Shown here: piece after piece, positions 23,382 through 32,000 of the stretch
How positions within the stretch are numbered: position 1 is the first letter of the stretch
Layout of the letters: each line of letters begins with the position of its first letter
Assembly (NCBI RefSeq): GCF_000025945.1
Contig: NC_006138.1
Location: 420,001 to 452,000, forward strand
DNA length: 32,000 nucleotides
From: Desulfotalea psychrophila LSv54
GTDB taxonomy: Bacteria; Desulfobacterota; Desulfobulbia; Desulfobulbales; Desulfocapsaceae
Direction of reading: 5' to 3'
Program-made: the position numbers and the translations under genes
The notes under the pieces: generated by a model
Seen by the model: the letters and a program-made list of their open reading frames with translations, nothing else
The model's database searches: none
Told to the model about the DNA's origin: nothing

Positions 23382-25508
23382 TTAGCTTTGATTTGGTTTA
23401 GTTGAGGTTTGATTTTTCCCTAAGCTTTCCAATAAAGATTGCAATGCAGCAGAATTACTAGGAGACAAGGTTCCATCTTCAATTAATTTGAGGATTCCTT
23501 TTGCTGATTCTTCAGCTTTACGAATTTTTTCTTTCTCTTCAGGTGTACGATCTCTGTTTATCAATCTTAATTCTGCAAGTTCTCCTTTCGTTGGAACATG
23601 GAACTTCAGCTTATAAGAATTGTCCACGGTGCGTTGGATTTCATCAATTAGGATGTCCATATTACGACCATACCCACATAGACGCACCCATGCACGAGAT
23701 CGTGTTATAGCTGTGAACAAAGTGTTGCGTAACTTAATTAATTCATACCCTTGTGCGCAATAATTTGAATTTGCAAGATAAACCATGGGAGCTTCATTTC
23801 CCTTTGCTCGGTATATACTAGAAACTACAACTGAATTACGAATAAAGAAAACATCTGACCTTGAAGATACTCCAGCAAGATGACTATCTATTCCATGTCT
23901 TTGTAATGATTGAGCAAGTAAAGGGTATTTTGTTTTTGCTGTTAATGCATTTGGTAATATTATTAGAATATCATCAGGGTCAAGCTCATCCTCAGTGATA
24001 TTTTTGTTGATTTGTTCTGCTATCCATTCATACTGTGCAATTTCATCCTCAAACTTTTTCGTAATAACAGCATCTTCTTTTGTCAATAAGTCATCAAAAA
24101 ACCTAGGGCATGAATCGCTTCGCCGACTGAGTGTTACATCAGAGTCAAAATTTAAATTTCCGCTATCTATTTGATACCCGATCTCTTGCCAAAGTGACAG
24201 TTCATCAAAGAGTTGAACAAGACCATCGTCACGATAGATTCCAAACCCTAGAGCATGAGCTAAAGTCAAAGCCCATGGAGTATTTCTGTAGCAAATTGGT
24301 AAAATAATATCTTGCTGCGGCGAGTTTTCAACATTATTAATAGAAACATTCCCATTAAATAGATGCTGTACAGAAGTCATCTGAGTATTATTTAGATTTT
24401 GAAGTTCATCGTATGCCCAAACAATTCTTTTAGGTGATTTTGTTGCTAGATAAACAAGTTGAAAAAATGGCACTGGAAGGTCTTGCGCTTCGTCTATAAG
24501 TACAGCATCGTACAGTTCTACTGGTTGCGACTTCGCATAAGTTAGTAATTCTCCACAGGCACCATGAAAAGCATTATTGTAACCATATTGATTTTTTGCA
24601 GTACCAAAATCCATTGCTGGAACATTAAGTGAGTCAGCGATAGTTGAATAAATCCCAGAAGCACTGTAACTACCCCAAGCATGCAAAATATGGAGTTTTT
24701 CAAAATTTGGTTTATCTCCAGAATGCTCAATAGAAAATCTTTCTACTAAATCAAAAAATTGTTGGCTTAGAGATCGAGTATTAAATGTAATTGCAATATC
24801 CCACTCAGGATGCTCTGCATGTAGGTACGCAGCTTTTAACGCCAGTACTACTGTCTTTCCTGATCCAGCTAACCCCCGAACTCTTTGCGCCCCTTCTGGT
24901 GTCTCTATTGCCGCTTTCTTTTGCCATTGATCCAAATTTGCTATTTGTACTTCAAGTTTTTTTAAAATAGCTCCACGTGAATCAGTTCCTTTTACATTTG
25001 TTCTTTTTTTAATCGGCTTTATTGTTGTGACCCTTTGGATGGCAGCAACTAGCGATCGAAAAAAAGATTCGTCAACAGGGGCGCACTTTGTGAATATTAA
25101 GCTAATGTTTTTGGGATAAGCAAAATAATATTTATCATTGGTTTCATTAGTAAAGCTGTTGCTAGCTGGAAAAAACGAAACTATATTTGCAGTTACACCT
25201 AAACGCCTTCCTTCTCTTAATGCGTCGTGTCTGCCTAAACTACCTTCAATTGCATAAGCTAAACTGTCTTGTTGGGCTTGAAGCTCTTCAACACAAGTTT
25301 CTATTGGTGGAAAATTAAAGGCTACCAACCCAGGCACCTTAGAAAGTAGCAAGGCCTGAACGGTTGTTGAATTATCGGCAGACGCCATTATTGGATACCC
25401 AAGGTACAAGGTTCCATCAATAGCAAGATTTTGTAATGTCTCCGAAAGTATTTTAGCCGCAGTTGAATTTTTAACATTTCCCCAAACTATATCTAACGCC
25501 ATTCCCAT
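23382..25508 (-). CDS. SF1 (UvrD/Rep-like) helicase with a ~200-aa unassigned N-terminal domain and a C-terminal extension
   Basis: Walker A 'GLAGSGKTVV', Walker B 'VLIDEAQDL', and C-terminal 'IYRAKGNEAP' and 'LFTAITRSRAW' (UvrD_C-type motifs). The start may be the second ATG at 25502, which has better SD spacing. Confidence 0.85.
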   Translation of the reverse strand: MGMALDIVWGNVKNSTAAKILSETLQNLAIDGTLYLGYPIMASADNSTTVQALLLSKVPGLVAFNFPPIETCVEELQAQQDSLAYAIEGSLGRHDALREGRRLGVTANIVSFFPASNSFTNETNDKYYFAYPKNISLIFTKCAPVDESFFRSLVAAIQRVTTIKPIKKRTNVKGTDSRGAILKKLEVQIANLDQWQKKAAIETPEGAQRVRGLAGSGKTVVLALKAAYLHAEHPEWDIAITFNTRSLSQQFFDLVERFSIEHSGDKPNFEKLHILHAWGSYSASGIYSTIADSLNVPAMDFGTAKNQYGYNNAFHGACGELLTYAKSQPVELYDAVLIDEAQDLPVPFFQLVYLATKSPKRIVWAYDELQNLNNTQMTSVQHLFNGNVSINNVENSPQQDIILPICYRNTPWALTLAHALGFGIYRDDGLVQLFDELSLWQEIGYQIDSGNLNFDSDVTLSRRSDSCPRFFDDLLTKEDAVITKKFEDEIAQYEWIAEQINKNITEDELDPDDILIILPNALTAKTKYPLLAQSLQRHGIDSHLAGVSSRSDVFFIRNSVVVSSIYRAKGNEAPMVYLANSNYCAQGYELIKLRNTLFTAITRSRAWVRLCGYGRNMDILIDEIQRTVDNSYKLKFHVPTKGELAELRLINRDRTPEEKEKIRKAEESAKGILKLIEDGTLSPSNSAALQSLLESLGKNQTSTKPNQS

Positions 25509-25664
25509 GCCTCATTTTATTTGAAAAGAAAAATTACATTTCCAAATATTTTGAATAATCTATTATAACTACTCGTCTGCATAGTTCTTCACCTACTTAC
25601 ACAGACAATTTCTTTTGACAAAAAAAACCAACGATCGGCCTCTTGGCTTCAATCAACACCGAAG

Positions 25665-26348
25665 TTATTCCTTCACAAACTGATCTCCATGCCGGATTTC
25701 ATTGCATTCTAGAAAGTGCTTGTAGTCAGATACCCAAAAATTAATTTCTGATGATCTAACACTATACTTCTTCAAAATCATTTCTATTTGATGGGGGCTT
25801 GGTGCCATCCAGTTATCAAAGTCCAATAGATCCTGCATCTCACTAGCAGCTGCATTCTGGTTTTCAGTTGTTTTAGAATTAATAACGCTGGCTTGCTCCC
25901 TACCCATCACAACCCTTCTGATAATTCTATGGTAGATTACCGTAATTCCTTTTTTCCAATCTTTTTCTGCATTTTCAATTTGAGCATCTGTTGCTCCGAT
26001 CTGCCTTAAAGCGCAAATAATATTATCATGGATTTGGAGTCTTTTGGCCTGAGACATACCATCGATAAAATTACCTGCTATTAAGTCGGTTAGCGTAGCT
26101 TCAGAATTGGCCACAGCGACATTTCTCAGCTGCTCTATAGTTGCTGACGCTTCGTCAACCTTCTCTTTCATCTTAGCTTTCACCGGCCCTAATGAAAGTT
26201 CTGCTAGCTCGCTTAGCCTTGATACAAATGTCACAAATGCACCACATAATGCAGCAGCCCAACTAGTTGACTGATCTCCAAAATAAACACCAATAATTGG
26301 TGGGACAACCAAAGTAAAGACAATGCCAATCCAAAAAAGTAATTTCAC
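25665..26348 (-). CDS. two-TM membrane protein with a cytoplasmic helical domain (227 aa)
   Basis: GTG start with an AGGAGA SD. Two N-terminal hydrophobic helices (LLFWIGIVFTLVVPPIIGVYF and WAAALCGAFVTFV) are followed by a helical soluble domain. Confidence 0.65.
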   Translation of the reverse strand: MKLLFWIGIVFTLVVPPIIGVYFGDQSTSWAAALCGAFVTFVSRLSELAELSLGPVKAKMKEKVDEASATIEQLRNVAVANSEATLTDLIAGNFIDGMSQAKRLQIHDNIICALRQIGATDAQIENAEKDWKKGITVIYHRIIRRVVMGREQASVINSKTTENQNAAASEMQDLLDFDNWMAPSPHQIEMILKKYSVRSSEINFWVSDYKHFLECNEIRHGDQFVKE

Positions 26349-26831
26349 TCTTTTCTCCTCTCAACAGCCCAAATCCACAAATCACATTTCTATATTGCTG
26401 TTTAATCAGACATAACAATCCACTAGCATACTCTGTGTAAGTTTACAATCTTATTATAGCTTGAATGTCGTAGAATACCTTTAATAAGTACGAACATACG
26501 GTCTAGGAATATCCACCTGACGTTGCTCCAAGCAAAATAACTTGCAACACAACCCCTGTCTAGTTTATGTTGTTTTCGTTGCTGGCAAAATCCAGCAGCC
26601 GAGTTTGGACGCTCGGACGCAAACGGTGGATACATGCCACCACTATTGGTGGTTTTTTTATGCCCTTTACGGGTATACTGTATCCGTCGCATAGTCGCTT
26701 TTGGGTGACTGTGTGGGAGACCTTCGGGTCTGCCGATTCCGTTTGATCGGTCGTCCAACCCGCATAGTCGCCCTTTTTTTTGTTTGGACGCAAAAAATGG
26801 GCTTAGACCACTTCCAAACGGAGCTAGTACC

Positions 26832-27095
26832 ATGCGTAAAGACCATATTGCTGTAGACCACCTCTCTCAACTCCCTGAAGATTTTCTCCTAGCTATCCAA
26901 AAACCAGAAGGACTCCCCATCAATCCTATCGGGATTGCCCTGGAGCGTTGCAAATCCATTCTCAACAGTTTGCAATCATGCGGAGAAGAACCCCACTTCA
27001 CGATTCAACATAGCGATGTCTTAGGTTGCCTTAATGCTATCGAGGCCAATATCCATATGGTTGGCAAGATGATCAACCATGCAGTGGAGGGCTAA
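26832..27095 (+). CDS. small hypothetical protein (87 aa), first gene of the replication module
   Basis: ATG with a GGAG SD 8 nt upstream. Its stop lies immediately before the next gene's ATG (27098). Confidence 0.45.
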   Translation: MRKDHIAVDHLSQLPEDFLLAIQKPEGLPINPIGIALERCKSILNSLQSCGEEPHFTIQHSDVLGCLNAIEANIHMVGKMINHAVEG

Positions 27096-27097
27096 CC

Positions 27098-28036
27098 ATG
27101 AACAAGGGATGGGTAAAAATAGACAGAGAACTCCTAGAACATTGGAGCTGGAACGGTGCGATTTTTTCAGAAGGTCAGGCTATTGTCGATCTGCACTTAC
27201 GGGCCAGCCACAAAACAAGAACAATTCGCCTACGTAGTGGTTTAGTGACTATTCACCGTGGACAACTGGCAAGATCCGAGAACACCCTCGCCAACGATTG
27301 GGGGTGGAGCAGAGGCAAGGTAAGGCGCTTTTTATCTCTGCTTGAACGTGACAACATCATCGGCCAGCAAAAGAACAACCAAACGACCATCATAACTATC
27401 CTCAATTACGATGTAAAAGAGGATAGCAAGAACACCACTCCTGCCCAAGGCGGTACAGCATGTGGTATACGAATAAGAAAGAAAGAAGAAAGAAGTAATA
27501 AAAGAAAAGAAAAAAAGAACACAATCCCCATCGGCGATCCTCTGCCCGACAAAGCACAAACAGTCCACCGTGAGCTTATCCCTTCTGGCTTCGCTTTTGA
27601 TACTTGGACAAAGATGCTTGCCTACCTGCGAACAAAGGGGGCCTTGGCTGGCGGAAGAATCAAAGCAATTGTTACTGAGATTGCCAAAGCAAAGGCTCTA
27701 AGCTTTTCTCCGGCCGACTGTTTAGCCTGTATGCTGCATCATGGCTGGCGTGGGTTCAAAGCCACTTGGTTATCAACCAGTGCCTTCTATCGTGAACGTA
27801 TGGCCCAAGCCGCCAACCATCATTGGCAAGATGAAACAAAGCGAACACGAAAGAAAATAGAGAGCTATGAGAAGCCACAGCCCACCAACAGGCGTCGCTG
27901 GTTATTCGATGAGAGCTATATGCTCAAGCTTGAAGGCAGGATCACACAGAAGCAACGAGACGACATCATAGCGGGGATACTCGATATCACCTCTTTCCTG
28001 TCGAGAAAAAGCACTGCTCATTGCCAAAGAGCATAG
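27098..28036 (+). CDS. replication-initiator-like protein (N-terminal winged-helix, Lys-rich linker)
   Basis: 'WVKIDRELLEHWSW....EGQAIVDLHLRASHKTRTIRLRSGLVTIHRGQLARSENTLANDWGWSRGKVRRFLSLLERDNII' follows the pattern of phage/plasmid replisome-organizer (DnaD-like) N-domains. It sits next to an ori-like region and a primase. Confidence 0.65.
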   Translation: MNKGWVKIDRELLEHWSWNGAIFSEGQAIVDLHLRASHKTRTIRLRSGLVTIHRGQLARSENTLANDWGWSRGKVRRFLSLLERDNIIGQQKNNQTTIITILNYDVKEDSKNTTPAQGGTACGIRIRKKEERSNKRKEKKNTIPIGDPLPDKAQTVHRELIPSGFAFDTWTKMLAYLRTKGALAGGRIKAIVTEIAKAKALSFSPADCLACMLHHGWRGFKATWLSTSAFYRERMAQAANHHWQDETKRTRKKIESYEKPQPTNRRRWLFDESYMLKLEGRITQKQRDDIIAGILDITSFLSRKSTAHCQRA

Positions 28037-28095
28037 CTTAAAATCGTGCCCTGTTTCGCTGTCTTGTTCTTTGAATATGAAATAGCTGTAACACG

Positions 28096-28404
28096 CCCTC
28101 TGGCTTCGCTTTTGATATCTGAACAAAGATGCTTACCTACCTGCGGACAAAGGGAGCCTTGGCTGCCAGAAGACGCAGAGTAGTTGTTACTGAAATTACC
28201 AAGACAAAGGCTCTGTTTTTTTTGCCAGCCGATTGCGTGGCCTGTATGCCCACAACGGTTGGCGGGGCTTTAAGATCACAGCACCTTTGTTCAGGAGCAT
28301 AACTTAAGGCCTTGCTCTGTTTCATAGAGCTTGTTCTTTTGAGAATAAAGCAAAGGGCGTGATAAACAACCTGCTATAACCGTAACACGCCTCTGCTGCT
28401 TCCC
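28096..28404 (+). pseudogene. decayed partial tandem duplicate of the 3' half of the initiator-like gene
   Basis: 28096-28285 parallels 27581-27775 ('c.ctctggcttcgcttttgata..tg.acaaagatgctt.cctacctgcg.acaaaggg.gccttggctg...'). 28293-28350 parallels the gene end at 28027-28085, and 28371-28404 restarts the unit. No reading frame is maintained. Confidence 0.65.
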
Positions 28405-28989
28405 ATGCCTACGCACAAGCTAAACGTCCTGTGTTACGTGGTGGGCCTCTGGTAAGCTACCCTGCTATTTGACACGAACAACAGAAAAGACGAAAGCCCT
28501 TAATTCGACCTGTGCTTGCCGATTACGAACAGAACCATGCCAGCATACCAGCGAAGCAACCAGCAGCGCACACAGGTCAAGACAGCGTGCCTAAACTTAT
28601 TTCTCCCTATACCCTCGCCCCTTATTATTAAACTCCAAGAGAAATACAAAGAGATTGAGCTTCTACAAGACCACAGCAGCCAAAGCTCAACTGGATACCA
28701 GCAATCAGGGCAAGGTAGCAAAAAGAGGCGCGGGTCCTTCTGGGGAAAAATGAAGTTGCACGGGTGGAAAGAGCTCGACGCTCGTACCTCAAAAATATTT
28801 TGTCTCAGCTGGAAAAGTGGAAAATGTAATTTCTTCAATGAAAAACCCATATGCTTTGCCGGCACATAACCATCCTGAGAATATTGCTCCTCACGAAATT
28901 TTTATGCCACAAAAGCCAACTTGCCTGATTCGTAAAACAGGACAGGATAAAACAAAGATAACGTAATTGATTGGAAGTTCTCCCAGACC

Positions 28990-29340
28990 AGACACGAAGC
29001 GGGACGCCATGGGACGGCACAAAACCAGCCACAGGACGGCTTAAGACATTGAAATAAAAGTAAAATACTGCTGGGACGGGAGAGACCCCCTTTTACCATA
29101 TATATATATAAACAGTATATAGAAGATATCCAAAATCCCAAACACAATATGTATATATATAAAACGTAGTCGCAACCGTCCCCTTAGTATACTTATATAT
29201 AATATATAATTATATTATATATTTATATATATAGTAAGTGGGACGACAGAGGTATTTTTCTGGACAGGCGGGACGGTGGCGCCTGACCAAAAAGGAGCAT
29301 AAATATAAACAGAGCACTTTTCCCCTACAGGGACAGACAG
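28990..29340. promoter_or_regulatory. candidate replication origin: GGGACGG iterons flanking two (TA)n-rich tracts
   Basis: GGGACG(G) occurs at 29001, 29011, 29073, 29240 and 29270. Near-copies are AGGACGG at 29033 and GGGACAG at 29330, with one inverted copy CCGTCCC at 29176. TA-rich tracts lie at 29097-29160 and 29190-29235. The region sits between the convergent initiator-like and primase genes. Confidence 0.5.
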
Positions 29341-29459
29341 CAAACGGGATCTTAAATGGCATCAAAGATCTTCGTTTCTTTCTTTGAAAAAAGCCCTTGT
29401 TTTATTACTTCAAGGGGGCAGGGTTGTTTCTATCTCCCGTGTATCCCCCCATCTGACAA

Positions 29460-32000
29460 TCAAGCTATCTGGTGTGGTGGCGCTTCAAGGTTACGAAATT
29501 TTTCTAAATCAAATTTCCATGCCTTACGCTGCACGCTATGGCTCTCGTTTTCGCTGGTGGGGAAGCGGTGATTTGTGCCATGAGAAATATAAGCAGGATG
29601 GCTACGGAGTGCTTTTTGCAGATCCTGAATTCTGGGCGGTTGCAATCCATTGTTATGCAGCAATCTTATCAACTCCTGCAAAGAAAAATACAGGCTATTG
29701 TAGTCAATCTTCGTTCTTCCTTGTGGCAAAGCCACTTCATGCCAATATTTTTTTACTTGGTCACCTTCAAGACTAAACACCTGCTCAAAGAAGGTTGATG
29801 CCTCATTGATTTCAAGCTCGGCCGAGCTCTGTTCTTTTGCCATCCCCACCTGCTCGACATGGGAGAAAATATCTATATCCTCAACCTCAAACAATTTGCA
29901 AAAGAGACGATGAAAAGCCAAAACAATGGCATGATTATTCCGGATACGCTCCTCTTGTACGAGCTCAAGATCGGCAATAGCTATTCGGTATTCTTCATAC
30001 CAGTTCGCCTCAATTATACCTCTCTTCCTGAGAACCTCTACAATCACGGTGGCCAGCTCTTCCTTTGCCATGTTATTAAGCTCATCAAACGCACATCGAG
30101 TATGTCCGTCCAGATCTTTCTCTTTAAAATTCAAACTTACCACCCTCTGTTTTTCAGCTTTTTGATTGAACGGCTCATTGTTCTGAACAAAAAGCAAGGC
30201 GCCCAAAAAAGGATTCTCTGCTGTCTCAAGCGTATTGGTAAACTTAGCCTGAACTTGCAAGCTCCCTGTGTTATAGGCAGTCAGCAAGATTGAATAGTCA
30301 AAACTCCGCTCGTTGCGCTGGTTATCCTCCAAGAGAGCTGTGAAAATCCCAGAAAACCCCGCCATTTTACGAGCAAGGCCTTTCTTGGTGTTGAGTTGCG
30401 AAAGTGGCAAGCCTTCTACATCACGCCCTTGCACGGATTGTAGCTTAGTTGCCAGAGCACTTTTCCCCGCAGCAGGAGCTCCATATAGTGACAGGAAAGG
30501 AAAAAAATTCTCACGCGCTTTGATCTGGTTGACAAACCAACTGGCCAGAGTCCACGAAAAAGCCATGGCGCCATTGGCCCCCCATGCAGCATAGAAAAGG
30601 CTATAAATCCTCCCCACGTCGACAGAACGCCCGACAAGAGGGGTTATAGCTTTATCTCCTGCTTGTGGTGCTGGACTTAACATTGAACTATGGTCTAAGC
30701 GAAAGAGCCCCCTCCTGTCCTTCTGCAAAAGCCTTCCTTTGGGGTCGATGGCGAAACTGTCAAAAACATACCAATTGGTTTGCGGATCGTAACCAGCAAC
30801 GGGGATCTGCCGAACCTCAGGAGCCTTACTGGTTGCTATCATCGTTGCAAGTGCCGTTATAGCATTATTCTTACCTTCAAAATTAACCTTGGCACTACTC
30901 AGCAAAAAAGCACCAAAATCACGCCCTGCTGCTAGCGTCTTACCCGAAGCAACACAATCCACAGGCCGACCGGCCAAAGGTGTTACACGAAGCTGATAGA
31001 GGTATTCCCTCTGCTTTTGATTGCCTATATTGATGAAAGAAACTACATCAATAACAAACAACCCCACACGCTCGGTCTTTGCTTGGGTAGCTTCTCCACG
31101 TATTCGCACCTCGCTGTACCAGGTACAACCATCGAAAACAAATAGCCCCGCTGCATTCCCAAAATATTCATAATATAATTTACCGTAATGATGGGCTGAT
31201 TCAGCAAGAGAAAGATTCGCATTGCACCTATAGCCCTGTTCATTCTCTTTAAAAAGCTGTTCTCCCTCGCCTCTTGCACGTTGCAAAATATCATTCCAAT
31301 CTAGCCCTTCGGGTGGCATGATTGCTTGTGCAGCCGAAAAAGCGCCAAGATATTTTTTGGTAGCCAGTGTTCCTGCCTTGTCATTATCAAAAGCACAGAT
31401 CAATTGATACTTCTCCAAACCCTCAAGCTTGGCAGGATCTTGCCCCGATGACAAAACAGCTATTGCCTGTACTTCCATCTGAAGAAGGCTTAACGCGTCA
31501 ATAATTCCTTCAACAACCGCCACTGGTCGCGATGCTTCAAGCGGCCTTGCAGGATGCGTCCACCATAGCCCCGAGGTAGAGCCGTTGTTATGAGTCTTCC
31601 CTTCACCCTGAGGGGGATTAAAAAGCCTGCCATTGTAGACATCTTTACCTTGAGAGTCTTTCCCCACGGGAAACATCACAGCCCCCGTTTTAAGCCCCTG
31701 CCTAGTGTTCTTCCAGTATCTAAAGTCAAGCCCTTCCAAAACGGCAGCCGACAGACCACGCCCCTTCAAGTATTCACGGGCTGGTTTATGCGGATCACTC
31801 TTAGTGGGCTTGTACTCCTGCTCAATATCAAAGGTGATATTAAACAGATCACGGGTTTTCGTTTTGGCTCCACAGCTATTGGCACGATTGCAATTAATCG
31901 AATAGGGTTCCTGCTGCACAGCCCATGCGGTCTTGTCTCCACACACTGGGCAAACAAGATTAGCAATAGTTCGTCCATTCTCTTTGGTGCGGGCAGAGCA
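29460..32000 (-). CDS. bifunctional primase/helicase-like replication protein (Zn-finger, TOPRIM, P-loop NTPase), 5' end outside the window
   Basis: 'CPVCGDK...C.....C' is a Zn-finger. TOPRIM motifs 'VAVVEGIIDALSL' and 'CAFDNDKAG' are present, with Walker A 'LYGAPAAGKSAL' further on. The layout resembles P4 alpha. The frame stays open upstream of the track start (31946) to the window edge (...RTIANLVCPVCGDK), so the true start is probably beyond 32000. Confidence 0.85.
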   Translation of the reverse strand, partial: CSARTKENGRTIANLVCPVCGDKTAWAVQQEPYSINCNRANSCGAKTKTRDLFNITFDIEQEYKPTKSDPHKPAREYLKGRGLSAAVLEGLDFRYWKNTRQGLKTGAVMFPVGKDSQGKDVYNGRLFNPPQGEGKTHNNGSTSGLWWTHPARPLEASRPVAVVEGIIDALSLLQMEVQAIAVLSSGQDPAKLEGLEKYQLICAFDNDKAGTLATKKYLGAFSAAQAIMPPEGLDWNDILQRARGEGEQLFKENEQGYRCNANLSLAESAHHYGKLYYEYFGNAAGLFVFDGCTWYSEVRIRGEATQAKTERVGLFVIDVVSFINIGNQKQREYLYQLRVTPLAGRPVDCVASGKTLAAGRDFGAFLLSSAKVNFEGKNNAITALATMIATSKAPEVRQIPVAGYDPQTNWYVFDSFAIDPKGRLLQKDRRGLFRLDHSSMLSPAPQAGDKAITPLVGRSVDVGRIYSLFYAAWGANGAMAFSWTLASWFVNQIKARENFFPFLSLYGAPAAGKSALATKLQSVQGRDVEGLPLSQLNTKKGLARKMAGFSGIFTALLEDNQRNERSFDYSILLTAYNTGSLQVQAKFTNTLETAENPFLGALLFVQNNEPFNQKAEKQRVVSLNFKEKDLDGHTRCAFDELNNMAKEELATVIVEVLRKRGIIEANWYEEYRIAIADLELVQEERIRNNHAIVLAFHRLFCKLFEVEDIDIFSHVEQVGMAKEQSSAELEINEASTFFEQVFSLEGDQVKKYWHEVALPQGRTKIDYNSLYFSLQELIRLLHNNGLQPPRIQDLQKALRSHPAYISHGTNHRFPTSENESHSVQRKAWKFDLEKFRNLEAPPHQIA

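Noticed and set aside
26423-26870. Minus-strand ORFs of 136, 77 and 67 aa
   Set aside because: Three overlapping frames in a hairpin-rich intergenic region, Arg/Lys/Gly-rich and without motifs.
28500-29147. Overlapping ORFs on both strands (121, 117, 65 and 81 aa)
   Set aside because: They are mutually exclusive, lack SDs and have odd composition (Cys/Trp/Ser-rich). The region is more likely non-coding spacer next to the origin.
29097-29235. (TA)n-rich tracts considered as a CRISPR array or simple microsatellite
   Set aside because: There is no repeat-spacer periodicity. The surrounding GGGACGG iterons and the rep/primase context fit a DNA-unwinding element better.
29356-30862. Plus-strand ORFs (71, 130, 86, 144, 93 and 65 aa) and the 73-aa minus-strand ORF at 30416-30637
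   Set aside because: They are antisense or out of frame relative to the 828+ aa primase/helicase ORF, which has clear TOPRIM and P-loop motifs.

Overview
Bacterial chromosomal window; the taxon cannot be determined from the sequence alone. All homology calls come from motif recognition by eye, with no searches run.

Positions ~1.7-9.95 kb look like ordinary core genome: two alpha/beta-hydrolases, TerC, a CHASE4-PAS histidine kinase, citrate synthase, a YgjP-like metallohydrolase and a DUF1835-like protein.

From ~9.98 kb to the end the DNA is visibly more AT-rich and reads as a mosaic of accessory modules:
- an internally deleted IS903-group (IS5 family) relic;
- a 685-bp tandem duplication carrying two copies of a secreted-protein gene;
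- an orphan ABC/SMC-like ATPase, with a paralog cut by the left window edge;
- a ~5.4-kb module bracketed by copies of an att-like repeat. It holds two small PUA/EVE-like genes divergent from a RecQ-helicase::ComFC-type PRTase fusion coupled to a DprA-like gene;
- a hicA-hicB operon with a third gene;
- a displaced 3' fragment of tRNA-Arg(CCU) with its terminator;
- a small serine resolvase with a res-like site;
- an SF1 helicase coupled to a 229-aa partner, plus a 2-TM protein;
- a replication module typical of a satellite or integrative element: a winged-helix initiator-like gene, an iteron/AT-rich ori-like region and a Zn-finger-TOPRIM-P-loop primase/helicase running off the right edge.

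No rRNA, intact tRNA or CRISPR array was found. The best candidate for an undescribed system is the RecQ::PRTase + DprA-like operon (15776-19150), possibly together with the divergent PUA-like pair. The helicase + 229-aa pair (22689-25508) is second.
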